The notes under the pieces are model-generated. The model made no database searches. It saw only the letters and a program-made list of their open reading frames with translations, and was not told the DNA's origin. DNA of 64,000 nucleotides from Massalongia carnosa (Eukaryota). Of this stretch, positions 1 to 12,502 are shown one piece after another. Where the stretch lies: NCBI GenBank assembly GCA_965645245.1, contig OZ287087.1:310001-374000 (forward strand), given 5' to 3'. Positions within the stretch are counted from its first letter, which is position 1. Each line of letters opens with the position of its first letter. A program made the translations under genes and the position numbers.

Positions 1-1047
1 TCTTGCTCAGGCGAATCCTGTCGATCCTCCCCGAGTCGGACAGCACTGGCCAGCACGATTTCTAGCTCAGCACCCTCAATTTCAAAGGAGGAAGCAGACA
101 CCTCTTGCAGTCGAAAGGAAGACCTCCCTTACAAACGATGTTGCAAAGGCTTACTTCCATGAATTTCGTCAAATTTGTCACGAGAAGGGGATCGGACCCG
201 AAGATATTTGGAACATGGACGAGTCAGACTTTCGGATAGGCGTTGGTAGGGGTCATACTGTCATCACATTGCTTGCCAAAGGTCCTGTTCGTGTTACTGA
301 TCCGGGTGTACGTGATCTGATCAGTGACGTTGAAAGTATTAGTGGTGGAGGAGTGACGATTCCTCCGATGCTCATCGTGCCCGGAGGTTATATTCTAAAT
401 AAATGGGTGCAAGAAAACGACCTCGACGACGATATACTGCTTGCTACTACTTCCTCTGGGTATTCCGATGATGTTAAGGCTTATGAGTAGATACAGCACT
501 TTGAAAAACATAGTCGGAAGACTCAGGTAGGTGGCTGGAGACTCCTCATCATGGACAATTATGGATCTCATCTTACATACGAATTTATTGAGTACTGCAA
601 TCACAAGAATATCATCTTGTTCGGTCTTCCCCCGCATTCTACACATGTTACTCAGCCATTGGATGTGGGAATATTTCAGCCCATGAAGCACTATCATTCC
701 GATGTAATTGAGGATGCTGTTCGACTCGGGAGCGATAATTTCAATAAACAAGACTTTTTTGCCGCTTTCACAGCCATGCGAGCAAAGGCCTTTACTAGAT
801 CAAATCTTCTATCGGCCTTCGAACACACTGGTCTAATTCCTTACTCACCCAAGATAGTGCTAGATAAAATAAGTGGCTGGCAACCCCCTTCAAAGGAGAC
901 ATCTCCGGACCCCTTCGGCTCGTCACCATCCTTTCAAGGCACTCCACATGGTCCTAAGCAGTTGTTTAGACGCGGAAGGGAGTTACAGAGAGGTCTAGAA
1001 GACTTTTATCTGCCCGAGGATCGTCGTAAAAAGATGGATCAATATTT
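1..1047 (+). pseudogene. pogo/Fot1-type (Tc1/mariner superfamily) DDE transposase, 5'/central part, disrupted
   Basis: Motifs IWNMDESDF, LIMDNYGSHLT and LPPHSTHVTQPLDVGIF; in-frame TAG at 488-490 where Trp (TGG) is expected; interrupted at ~1048 by a Gypsy fragment. Confidence 0.9.
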
Positions 1048-4000
1048 TCGTCCGAGACCTAAACGTAGGTTGTTCATAGAATAAAGACCATAGAATAAAG
1101 ACTAATTGCTAACGAATACTACAGGATTCGTTCTGGTATTTATCCTACTCACCCCAAGCCTATAGCCTTGGGAGCCTTGGAACCTTAGGAGCCTTGCAAT
1201 CCACTTCTGACCTTATCGCCTTACATCTAACCATCCCTCAGGATCCATCTACGAACTCGGCGTTCGCTGGATCATCTAGTCAGCCTCGAGCAGCCTTCTA
1301 GACCTTCCCTTGCAAGGTAGAACACTTCTACCTCCGGCTAGATCCCTCACTACATTGCTAGCCTGCCTCTAAACATAAAGTCTAGACGCCGAGGCTATGT
1401 AGCTTCATTTCGCCGTCACCACTACCAACGTAGCGGTGGAAGGTTACCTCCGACTGAATCTCTATCTACACTGCGGACCTGCCTCTAGACACAAGGTCTA
1501 GACCACAAGGTCATGTAGGTTCATTCAGCCGACATCACTACCAACGTAGCAATAAAGGTTGAAGCTGAATTTTACACCGGGGAGGCCGAGCTCAAGCTGC
1601 GTCCAGCTAGCCGTGCCTCCTGCTACAACTCTTGATCCATCAAGAGATCGAGTAGCTCCGACTAGGCCAGTAGATTCCATATAGAGTTCACGGCTTCTCC
1701 ACAGGAGTTCGCCTTACTCCATGGCAATCTACCACCACGGCCTCGACAGGTGTTTGATCTGTAAGCAGTCTAGAACGTAGTAACAACTAATTCGGAGTTG
1801 TGTGGCAAGGTGGCGTCGTGTCAGCCTCGACGGCTATGCGACTAAGTACTACGGCCTGGCTCATGCTAGTTAATCCCGCAACCGCCGTAGGCGATCACGT
1901 ATCCTTCTAGCGCCATCCGTATTACAATTGCCCCCCCTCTAGGACGCGAGCTCCGCCGAGCGTGTAGTGGATAGTAACGACACGTTAGGTGGGTGGTATG
2001 ATGTGTATGGCAGGCGGTGAAAAACCTCCTTGTATGATAGCAAGGAGGAAAACCGGCCTCCTAAGTCAATGAAAAACCTCCTAACCCAGTGGGAACTGAG
2101 GAGGAAAACCGACTTATCGAGATCGATGAAAAACCCTAAAACCCTGATAAGACAACGGGAGAATGTAGGGAAAACCGACTTCTCAAGATCAATGAAAAAC
2201 CCTTAAACCCTGATAAGACAACTGGAAAACGAAGGCAAAACCGATCCTAGATTCCATAGCAAGCGGCAGGAGAGAAACCCCGAGGCTTCTACTTCTTCGC
2301 CTTCTTGCTCCGAGTACTGGTAGCTGTTCGGCCGCGTTTCCGCTTGCTTTTAGGCTTAACGGTCGGTTTAGCCATTGGCGGTGCGGTGTCGATAGGAGGA
2401 GAGGTTGCTGTCGGCTTGGTGGGGTCACCCTCATGGTAGGCTTTGACGATCTTCCGTAGGTGTTTGATCGCTGCCGCCGGTTCCCACGTACTTTCATCTT
2501 CTGGATAGCCCTTCCAGGAGACCAGATAGTAGAGGCCTGGTAGGTGGCCAGCTTCTGACTCCTTGGCGTAGACCGCGCTATCCAAAATGCCTTCAACCTC
2601 GTACTCCTCATCGTTACCAGCTTCGAATTCCAGCTGTTCCGCGATCTTCTCGTCCACCCGCCCCTTCCTTGTGGTGTCCTGCTCCAGCAGTGATACATGA
2701 AAGACATCATGGATGCGCCACCGCTTTGGAAGCTCCAGCTTGTAGGCTTGCTTGGATAATGCAAAATCCCATCGGTGTCTTCCCAGCCATCTTTTCCAAG
2801 CTTCTCTGCTCTGATCATCTGAGCTTGGGTATCTTCCTCCTGCAACTCCTGCAACCTCAACCTCATGCCACCAATGCTGACTTTGTAAGGACCTTCAGAG
2901 GTCAAGTCTTGGCGGAGCGTATCCCAAAACTGACGTAGTTGAGGGAAGACGTGCGTTCTGCAGATGATGACGTGGTGTGGAGGGGTGAGATGCTGAGTAC
3001 TAGTGATACCAGAGATGCTGGCGCTAGTCAGCGAGGACTGCAATCGGTGAAGGATTCGAGTATTCTCAGCTCGAAGCGCTTCCTCTTCGCCTTGGCTCCT
3101 CTGAGGATAGCGAGATAAAGCATCGCCAGCTCCATTAGCCTTGCCTTGACGATAATCGATGCGGAAACTGTAACGAGAGAGTTCTTGCGCCCAGCGAACC
3201 TGGCGGGGCTTAAACTCTTCGTATCCATAAATCGCCGCAGGTTGTTGTGGTCTGTAAGCACGAGATCTTCATGCTTACAACCTTCGAGATAATGCCTCCA
3301 ATTCTTAAAGGCTTCAATGATGGCCAGTAGTTCCCCATCGTGAGTTTCGTAACGAGTTTCTGCAGGAATCATTTTCCGAGAAAAATACGCTACTGGGTGC
3401 CATTGGCCGGTTTCGATATCCAGCTGGCTAAGAACGCCACCTATGGCGTAACCCGAGGCGTCCGTCTCAAGTCGGATGTGGCGCTTAGGGTCAAAATGTC
3501 GGAGGATCGGTGCTTCAGTGAACGCCTGCTTTAATTGGGCAAAGGCTAACTTAGCGGCAGGAGTTAGGAAACAAGATCCTTCCTCTCCGCGCCTTGCCTT
3601 TGGGAATGGCCCAGTGTTGGCTACCAAGTTTGTTTTGAGCATCGAGGTGAGTGGAGCAGCAATCTTGCTGAACCCCCGGATGAACCGCCGGTAGAAGTTG
3701 GCGAATCCCATAAACACCTGGACGTCTCGTACTGACTTGGGTTCTGGCCAGTTCTTGACAGCTTCAGTCCTTTCCTCTTCCATACGAATTCCTTGGCCAG
3801 AGACAACGTAGCCTAGGAAGCGAACCTCATCCTGATGAAAACGGCACTTCTTTAGATTGGCAAAAAGACCGTTTTTTCGGAGGTTCTCCAAGACCCACAT
3901 AACAGCCTCAACGTGGCCTTGGCCTGAGTCCTCGGTATAGATCAGGATGTCATCTAAGTATACGATGACGAAGATGTCGAGTTTCTCTGCTAGAATTTTG

Positions 4001-4558
4001 TTGATATAGCCCTGAAAACTAGCTGGGGCATTGGAAAGGCCGAAGGGCATAACCTGATACTCGAAATGGCCATATCGAGACCTGAAGGCCGTCTTCCATT
4101 CGTCACCTTCTCGAATTCGCATCCGATGATACGCATTCGTGAGATCTAGATGGGTAAATTTCTTGGCACGGCCTAGTCGATCAAGCGACTCTCCAATCAA
4201 GGGTAACGGGTACCGATTCTTGATCGTCAGGGTATTGAGTCCTCGATAATCCACACACAGGCGGATACTACCGTCCTTCTTGCGGATGAACAGTATCGGA
4301 GCACCAGCCGGAGACTGGGAAGGCCTAATAAAACCGCTGGCTAGGTTGGTTTCGATATAGGTTTTCAGTGTCTCTAGTTCCACAGGACCTAGGCTGTAGA
4401 TTGGGCCATAAGGTGGCTGCTTACCATCTACTAGGTCGATAGGATGGTCGTTAATGCCGGTGTGCTCCGGTATCTCTACTGCGGAGTCAGGGGAGAAGAC
4501 GTCAGAGAAGTCGGAATATTCAACGGGGATCTTGGCCTCCTCGCTCACTAGCGAGGCT
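1048..4558 (-). mobile_element. Truncated Ty3/Gypsy chromovirus copy of the 18566-26086 family: RT-RNaseH, internally deleted integrase, chromodomain, PPT and partial 3' LTR (1048-1926)
   Basis: High similarity to 21418-25924 in reverse complement; YLDD motif; ~1 kb of integrase missing at ~2750; frameshift near 3205; no gag or 5' LTR. Confidence 0.95.
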
Positions 4559-4892
4559 TTTAAAGGGGTCGCTCGAAGCTGCGAATTCGCTAGCGTTGGC
4601 GGAGCGAGACATTGCAGCCACTCAAAATCATCACAAACAACGCTTAAAAAGAGAAGCACTAGATGGATCGCTTGCTCAAAGGGCGGTGTTATAATTGTGG
4701 GCGACGCAAGAGGAAAAAATCAAGGCCTGGAGGATAGAGAAAGTGGCTAAGCATAATAGAGCGAAGGAGCGGCAAGAGAGGATCGATGCAAATGCACGAA
4801 ATAAGTGGAATAAACAGTGCGCCAAAGGCTTCAAATTGATAGGTAAGAAAGCTGATCAGTGGATGGATAGAGTTATTAGACATAGAATATGA
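4559..4892 (+). pseudogene. C-terminal continuation of the pogo/Fot1 transposase
   Basis: Reading ...MDQY(F) at 1047 resumes as FKGVARS at 4559; GGVIIVGDARGK and a basic tail are typical of this family's C-terminus. Confidence 0.7.
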
Positions 4893-5006
4893 GGATGGGG
4901 CTACCTTTGAGGATGTAATAGAACTTTTTAATTAAAAACGTCATATGAGTGGTGTACGTCATTTGGGTGGCCAGCACCCCCGCTAGGGGGTGAGGCGTGG
5001 CACGAT

Positions 5007-5212
5007 TAGGACACGGCTCGTGTTCGTATTCTTCTTTTTATTGTACCAATCATAATCACTGTAATTAAATCAACGGACTCGTTATAGGATAAAGACATGA
5101 TCGCCCACTTCTTTCGAGGGGTCACTGATCAATTTATTGATTTACCACTCTCTATTCGTACATTCCTCACGAATCCATGTAGTAGTCACGCTGTTAGACT
5201 TGACCCCTTACA
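5007..5212 (-). mobile_element. Partial solo LTR, same family as 40688-40975 and 41215-41502
   Basis: Close match from TAGGACACGGCTCGTG to the terminus ...CCCTTACA. Confidence 0.85.
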
Positions 5213-5346
5213 ATTTCTCGATTAATCTTATTCTTTCGATTTCTCTCTAGTTCTTACATTTCAGGTCTACTCCATTTCATGTCGTTACGAAATTGAACAT
5301 TTTCCCATCAAGCCTACTGCATTGAGAAACCGCTGGCTACTCCCGA

Positions 5347-6627
5347 CTACCATTTCACATCCGCAATCCCAACCCTTAAACGTTGAAAATCCATAATGAT
5401 ATACTTATCCATTGTAAAAGTCTCTCCCAAATTCCCGAGTATAAAATCGCCATCGCCCAGCACCCTGACGTTGAACACACACGTCCCATTTCCATAGTCT
5501 GTTACATAATGCTTAGGTGTGATCTCCCACGCCTTGCGGCTACCCGCAAATTGGTATTTGATGGGAACCAAGCTCGCAATTTTGGCGCAATCGAAGCTAT
5601 AGAAGGGTTGTATGCCGTTGTTGGGTGGCGAGGCTAGGAGGATGGGTTCCGCAGAGACAAGGGCGACGAGGTTTTGATATGCGTTTGCAGAAAGCGCAGC
5701 TCCGCGGCCAAAGCTAGCGTGATCGAAGACTACGGCAGCGCCGGTGCTTTGATTCAAGGCTTGTGATTTATCTCCGAGGCTAAGGCTTGTGAGGCGAAGT
5801 GTCCAATAGTCGAAGAAGCCTGGTTTATAAACAAAGTCGACAATGTTGATCTCGGGGAAGGAGATTACATTATACCACTCTGTATTACCATCGATGAGAT
5901 TGTTGTTGAATCCTCCCAGGGTTTGAATTGCATCATTGCCGTTGCATGTTTTCTTGAGCACGTCTGGGGAGCCACGATAGCAATAATGAAAAGCAATGTA
6001 ACCTGATGGAAATTGGCCTGCTTGCCATGTTTGCCAAAATGTCGACTGAGCGGGTACTACCTCAATGTTTAGTTATGCGTGACCTAGAGTTCACAAAGAA
6101 GACATACAGTTCTGCGAAGGGAAGACAGGAGCAAGACCGAAAACACCATCAAAAGGCTGTGCGGCGGGCTCTTGGAATTGAGTATCACCCGCTTGAAAAC
6201 GGACATTGGCCGTGCTGGGTCCTATCCTTTGAATATCTGATGCGTAGTCGACCTTAAGATCCAAGTTGAAGAAGAAATGATTGGGATTCCATTTTTGGCT
6301 CGGATATTGCGTGCTTAGATTTTTGAAGGTGGTAGATTTCGTCTGGTTAAACAAAGTCTGGTCTTTTGTCAAGCAAGCATAAGTGTTTGTAGGAGAACCT
6401 TTGCAGAGAGTCGTAAGTAGATACTGGCTATTCCACGTCCAATCTAGGATTGAAGTTATATTCTGTGCTGGTGTACCAAAACTCATCTGAGCTGTAAATC
6501 CGAAAGAATGCGACGTCAATGGCATATCATAGCATTCTTTATATTTGGGCTGCCTCGATACCGCAGAAACAGCATTGTTGATGAGCGCCAGAGCAGCCCA
6601 TAGGCACAAATTCCTAGCCGATCTCAT
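5347..6627 (-). CDS. Secreted pepsin-fold (A1-like) aspartic peptidase homolog with atypical catalytic motifs; two exons (6627-6108, 6056-5347)
   Basis: Signal-peptide-like N-terminus; MSFGTPAQ, FDGVFGLAP and FILGNLG..YIIMDF..RVGIA; catalytic positions read ILDWTW and VFDHAS; the GTATGT..TAG intron keeps frame. Confidence 0.8.
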
Positions 6628-6957
6628 TATGTGCATTGATATGCCGTGTCTGCAAAATTTCGTATCTACGTGAAGTAGCAAAGTGATACGAGCTTTTGAT
6701 GTGAATTAGACATAACATCTAAGATTACGTTTAGCATATCTAATCTCAAGGTGAACCTAGAGCTAACTTGGCTAACGCGTTGTCGAAGAATTCAGATTCG
6801 GCGCATTCAGGTTCGGCGCTTTAATAGCTGTGAGTTATAATTATTCGGCTAGGGCGAAAGGTAATACCGGGGCCAAGTGGCGGCAGGCCGTGGATAGCCG
6901 AAGGTCGAAGAGGGATGGTGTCTAAATAGATGAAATGGAAGGAGGGAAAAGAGCATA

Positions 6958-7887
6958 GTTATACCACATGGGTACTAGCGCAGTACAGGATATATAGGAG
7001 CAGGTTCTGGTTGTCGATTGTGTTTTTCCCTCTTTATCTTTATCATATTCGTTTCTAGCATCCCTATGACTTGTCTCTAGGTAGATCATAACATTACAAT
7101 AAAGATCGTCTTCATCTATTATCGTACGTGAGGGATGTAAAAGAACTCACCGAATCGAGGACTGAAGAAAGAACGACCCTTTTACTAGGCAAGTCGTACG
7201 AAACAGAACCAGAACCAGAACCAGAAGGCCGCCACCCCTACAGCGTGGCACCCAGATCCAGAACCCGAACCCAGAAGAACCATCCTCGGTGGCGGATGTA
7301 AAAAGAAAGCCATATCGGAACGACAACGAGCGACCCTTTCACTAGGCCAGTCGTACGAACCAGAACCAGAACCACCAAAACCACCAGAAACCAGACACCC
7401 AGATACCAGATACCAGATACCAGATACCAGATACCAGACACCAGACACTAGATACCAGACACCAGACAACAGACACCAGACACCTGACACCAGACACCTG
7501 ACACCAGACACCAGAGACCAGGCCACCGATCATCAGACCTCTAGACCACCCGTCACCAAAGTACTGCCTGCACCGCCGGCACCGCCTGCACCGCCTAGTT
7601 CGCGCTCAGGTGATCGCGATTTAAAGCGAAGGGTAGTGTCAAGATTCTACACGGCACGACCTCGGCACTCGGCAACGCCTAGGGCAATCGTAGATGGAAC
7701 ACGAAGGCACTTTCGATTTCATTCCTGCAGCTACTAGAAGGTTCCATGACGACTATACCATATGGGTACTAGCGCAGTAGAGGATATATAGGAGCAGGTT
7801 CTGGTTGTCGATTGTGTTTTTCCCTCTTTATCTTTATTGTATTCGTTTCTAGTGTCCCTATGACTTGTCTCTAGGTAGATCATAACA
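6958..7887 (+). mobile_element. Non-autonomous LTR element: partial 5' LTR (ends 7093), ~540 bp non-coding interior, 3' LTR 7637-7887
   Basis: Direct repeats ending ...GATCATAACA; purine tract GCGAAGGGTAG before TGTCAAG; no coding ORF. Confidence 0.8.
7359..7520. repeat. CCAGAA / CCAGA(T/C)A 6-7-mer microsatellite inside the LTR element
   Basis: Directly visible tandem units. Confidence 0.9.
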
Positions 7888-8010
7888 TAACTTTCGAATA
7901 ATTCCAAAGATAAATGAATAAAAATGTTAAATAATGAGGTTATTATCGATTAAATGATCAGATTATTATCAATATAAGCGTTTATCGTGAGTTTCACGAG
8001 TGCCTGTGAG

Positions 8011-8162
8011 TACGCCGCGCAACGAGTAGGGTTTTTCTACTGAAAACCTAACTCGTTTGTGGCGAACCCTATGATTTTTGGTGTCCGGGTTGAGTTTTGA
8101 AAGAAAACCCTAGTGGCGAAAAAGAAATTTTGTGTTGAAAACCTAACCCGTTGCGCGGCGTA
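8011..8162. mobile_element. 152-bp MITE, hAT-like
   Basis: TIR TACGCCGCGCAACG...CGTTGCGCGGCGTA; 8-bp flanks CCTGTGAG/CCTTTGAG. Confidence 0.85.
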
Positions 8163-8214
8163 CCTTTGAGAAAATTATAACAGATATCTAATAAGCAGTT
8201 ATAAAGATTTTTAA

Positions 8215-8468
8215 TGTAGCACGTCGACCTAGATAGAAATCTAATAGGGAATATATACGAAAACTAGTAAGGAGACGAAAGAAAGCTATGTAAAGATTGC
8301 CGGTTAATAAACACTCATACCCGTGCTAAGCCTAATGTAGGTTTCCATCACCGTCGTTGAACTGTTGATAATATTACTATAGGTAGTGCTAGATCCGTTT
8401 TCAGTTAGACAAGGTAAATAACAATACGTCATGTATTGCCTGAGGCTAGAGCGGTGTAATCCGTGACA
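8215..8468 (-). mobile_element. Solo LTR of the 26182 Gypsy family
   Basis: TG..CA ends; TSD TTTAA; reverse-complement similarity to 26182-26789. Confidence 0.9.
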
Positions 8469-8622
8469 TTTAATAGGCAGCTATATGAGGCCTACAATAT
8501 CACTGTTATATGACTGCTTTTGTAACTGCTATAAAAGCAGGTAGATAACTCACAAAGAAAATTACCTTCAATGATAATTATGTTATTATACCTACACGTG
8601 AATCATCATATTTATCAGGAAT

Positions 8623-8866
8623 TATTATGATCTACCTAGAGACAAGTCATAGGGACACTAGAAACGAATATAATAAAGATCAAGAAGGAAAAAGAAAATC
8701 GACAACCCGAACCTGCCCCTATATATCCTCTACTGCGCTAGTACCCATGTGGTATAGTCGTCATGGAACCTTCTAGTAGCTGCATGAACGAAATCGAAAG
8801 TGCCCGCGTTTTCCATCTACGATTGCCCTGGGCGGTGTAGAAGTCGTGCCGTGTAGAATCGTGACA
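8623..8866 (-). mobile_element. Solo LTR of the 7637-7887 family
   Basis: Reverse-complement similarity; TSD GGAAT; one terminus mutated TG>TA. Confidence 0.9.
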
Positions 8867-8975
8867 GGAATGAATACGCTGCGTAACGGGCTGGGTTAAA
8901 CCCGTCGGGTTTTTTATGCGGGTTTCCGGGCTAAACCTTTCCACGCCGCCTAACGGGTCGGGTTTTTCTACTATA

Positions 8976-9276
8976 TGTCACGGGGTGACAAAGCATATGC
9001 CACGTCGGAACGGGAAGAACTAGTCTTCCGGAGGTGCTAAGAACAGTCATGAGGTAATGGCATTGCGGAAGTGCATACCGAAAGCATGACGAAGTCAACA
9101 TGGTAATCAGGGCAGACAACGTCCGAAGGTGGACTAGCTTAGTTATCAGGAGTAATAGGCATGTCTTTTCGTTCTTCTGTTTCTTTTCTCTTTGTCGAAC
9201 GTCTTGTCCATTTAGCTAGACAATCAAGTCTCACGTTTGCACCACCTGAATTACTACACGCCCTCGCACCGTGACA
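8976..9276. mobile_element. Solo LTR, related to 40342-40546
   Basis: TGTCACGG...CCGTGACA; TSD CTATA. Confidence 0.9.
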
Positions 9277-9388
9277 CTATAAACCCAACCCGTTTGTGGC
9301 GAACCCTATGATTTTTGGTGTCCGGGTTGAGTTTTGAAAGAAAAACCCGGTGGCAGAAAAGCAATTCTGTGGCGGAAACACAACCCGT

Positions 9389-9737
9389 TGTGGAAGGATG
9401 AACTGGGTGGTATGCGTGGTCTACTACTGCTAGGAGTGCAAGAGAACAAACAAACAAGAGAAGAACAGAACAATAGAATATAAAAAATAGCTAGACTGGT
9501 CACTGTATGCCTCGTGCCTCGTGCCTCGTGCCTGTGAACTGTATGTGTTGATGCTATGTGTTGTAGCTATTGCTACGAGCATGCTTGCTCTAAAAGGAAA
9601 GAACTATCTATAACTAAACTAAAAGAAAGACTGTCACCTGACTTCCCCGCTACCTTTACCGAGTATCAGCCGAAAAGAACCAACTCCCGAACCGCTAGCA
9701 ATTTGAATTTAGAGTATCACCGCTCCACCCCCCTACA
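9389..9737. mobile_element. Probable solo LTR inserted in the MITE TIR
   Basis: TGT...ACA ends; 4-bp duplication CCGT; removal restores AACCCGTTGCGCGGCGTA. Confidence 0.7.
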
Positions 9738-10287
9738 CCGTTGCGCGGCGTAAACCGTTCAACCCGGTCGGTTTTTTCTGCAAATTAAACATGAAAATTC
9801 GACGAAAATATAGTATTTGAAGTAATAAATTTTTTGCTTACTAATCATAATTCTTGATGACTCAGTTCCAGAATTTTCGAATGTGTTTAATATGTCTAAA
9901 AAACACGTTTAAAATTGACATATAAAATCAACCGGGTCGAATGGGTTAAACGTGTTTACCCGGGAGCGGTTCCCTATCCTACCGGGTTGAGCCCTACAGG
10001 TTCCCAAACCCGGTAGCGGGTCGGGTTCGACTAGTCAAAACCCGACCCGACCCGACCCGTTGCGCGGCGTAGGAATGAATTGTGAGATTTCTTAGGAAGC
10101 ACGGGAGATTAAAAGGCACTTGTTTCAATCACGATTACTTTAAGTCACGAGTTTCAGGATACCTGGGCATGTATTCTTAACTTCAGCCCCGCATTCCATC
10201 TCTTTCATTATCTAACGCTCCCGAACCTTCTAAATAACTGTCCGCCGTCAATAGAATTACTAAAAAATTAACCACTTTGAATCAAGA

Positions 10288-11174
10288 ATGTCTTTAAACG
10301 ATAACATGAAGCCAACGATCACGCTCCTTGGGGCAACCGGTGGGTGTGGGTTGACATTCCTCATTCGAGCCTTGCAACAAGGCTATACATGTAATGCTCG
10401 TAAGTTCCGTCCAATTTCAAACTATATCTTTCGAACTTCAAGTCTACATTTACAATAATATGAATTGACAGCCTATACGTAGTTGTCCGAACATCTTCAA
10501 AACTCGTCAATCTCCTCAAAATTCGGCAAATCTCCGACGAACTCATCGCCAAACATCTTCGAATCATCCAAGGCAATGCCAAAGATCTCATTAAAGTCAC
10601 CGAAGCCCTCATGATCAACAGTAAAGTAGCCGATATCATTGTTAGCGGTATCGGCGGGTTGCCCGTGTTCACACCAAACCCTCTGCGTCCAACACTCGAT
10701 GACCCAACGATTTGTCAGGATACTACAAACACAATCCTACAGGCGCTAAGAACATTGCAATCAGGCTCACCGTCTAAGAAACCAACTATGATTGTCATTT
10801 CTACTACGGGGATTAGTGACTCTGGCCGAGACATTCCAATTACTATGATTCCGCTGTACCACTGGCTACTTCCAGTCCCGCACAAGGATAAGAAGATAAT
10901 GGAGAAAATTCTCGTGGACGAGATTAGGTATAGTGCCTCGTCGGCTATCGAAGGGTTTATTGCCGTAAGACCTAGCCTATTGACGACCGGACAACCAAAA
11001 GGGTTCGAAGCCATTCGTGCGGCGGTGGACGATAATGTCAAAATCGACAAGTCGGCTATTGGTTATACTATTTCTCGGGAAGACGTTGGCAGTTGGATCT
11101 TTGAGGAGCTGATTGAGGATAAGTCTGGCAAGCGGAACAAGTATCTAAATCATTGTGTGGGTATCACATCCTAA
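10288..11174 (+). CDS. NAD(P)-binding Rossmann protein (atypical SDR, flavin/biliverdin-reductase-like); one intron ~10400-10482
   Basis: ITLLGATGGCG nucleotide-binding start; HKDK..ME, VRPSLL and YTISREDVG motifs; GTAAGT donor. Confidence 0.85.
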
Positions 11175-11441
11175 GAAGGCTTTCTCACTATTCTTCATGG
11201 CAGGACACCAACGTAGCATTAATAGTTTGTCCGAAGTAGAGTGTCCTTACAGTATATTAAAGAGACAGATCTAATGAAAGGATGAATGTTCGAATTAAAT
11301 TCCAAACATAATCCAATATCCGGGGCTTCGGCTCATTTATAGGAAGTTAGGCTGTCATCTGCATCGCAGTTATCTTTTACGTAGCTTATATTATTAACCA
11401 CCTACCAACAGCGCTTTACAGTGATGTTTCAGCCCACTTAT

Positions 11442-12213
11442 GATGATGATGATGATGTATTCATACTCCGATATGACACCGGCCGTAGGCCGGCCCATGC
11501 GGGCAAAGCTATCTAAGTTATGTTACATGGAAAACCTTTCACAGGTGTAAAAACCATGTCCCTTGATACCCGTCCGATGTGACTACGTGTCGACGTCGGG
11601 CGGGAGACGCAGTGCAAAAGACGTGTGGGAACTGTAATGCCTTGTGAAAAGAGAAGAAAGAAAGAAAGGTTCAACTATTGTTGAGTTTACAATAATGTTG
11701 ATGCTAGTGAGAATTGATTCAATAAGCCTGTTTTCATTAGCCAAGCAGTTAGTATCTTCAGAGTTTTTGATGATTTGGTCAGCTGCTGATAGTCGCTCGT
11801 GCCGGCGGCGCGAAACATCTGTTCTCTATTGTCAATAAGTCTGCAGAACATGATTACATGTTCTGGAGTTTGTCTGTGCCAGCCACATGAGCAGGCCGGT
11901 GAGGTGACGGAGGGCACCCGTCGTTTGTAGAGGAAGTCAGCTAACCCGATCTTGCCAGTGCGGATTTGAGTTGTTAGAGCGCTTTCTGCCTTTTTTAGCT
12001 GCGTGTGTATTTTCAGCCGTTTTTCGCTCAGTGGGACTGATTGTGCTATGGAGGGTTCGATGACGCGATTTTGATATGCGCACCACGAGTCGTTCCAGAC
12101 CTTCATTTGTCGTGCTTTGATTGTTTGCATCTGCTTGTGTCGGGCCGTTGCCGCAACGGTAGCTTCACGGTGCCACGCCGGGTAGACTTCGAACCATGGT
12201 GGGTGTGCCTTTG
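11442..12213 (-). mobile_element. 5'-truncated LINE (Tad1-like) 3' end
   Basis: ORF2 C-terminus QIRTGKIGL..CSCG..H..C; (CAT)n tail; perfect 16-bp TSD GTTTCAGCCCACTTAT (11426-11441, 12214-12229). Confidence 0.9.
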
Positions 12214-12502
12214 GTTTCAGCCCACTTATTGTATATAATAAAAAAGTCGAAAAGGGCGGCTGCATTATTAAGAATCATTATAGTATAATCAACTTGGAGT
12301 ATAATCACATTCATAAACAGAATACTTCTCAATTTAATTTGTCATTATTATCCGCACCTCGATATAAGACAATCTCGCAAATTCGTCAAAATTTCCTTGA
12401 CTCTTGCATTTTTTAGAGCCATGATCGACATCAACACGTTTCAACAATCAAAAATATAATAGAAATAAAAATAAAAATTGCTGCAGCGTATGGCTCGACT
12501 CG

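Larger units (their letters stand above)
8875..10071. mobile_element. hAT-like MITE containing a nested related MITE (8942-9752) and two solo LTRs
   Basis: TIR TACGC(T/C)GCG..; perfect 8-bp TSD GGAATGAA; inner copy flanked by AACCTTTC/AACCGTTC. Confidence 0.85.

Noticed and set aside
7185..7533. Trp/Val-rich ORFs in three frames
   Set aside because: Translation artefacts of the microsatellite
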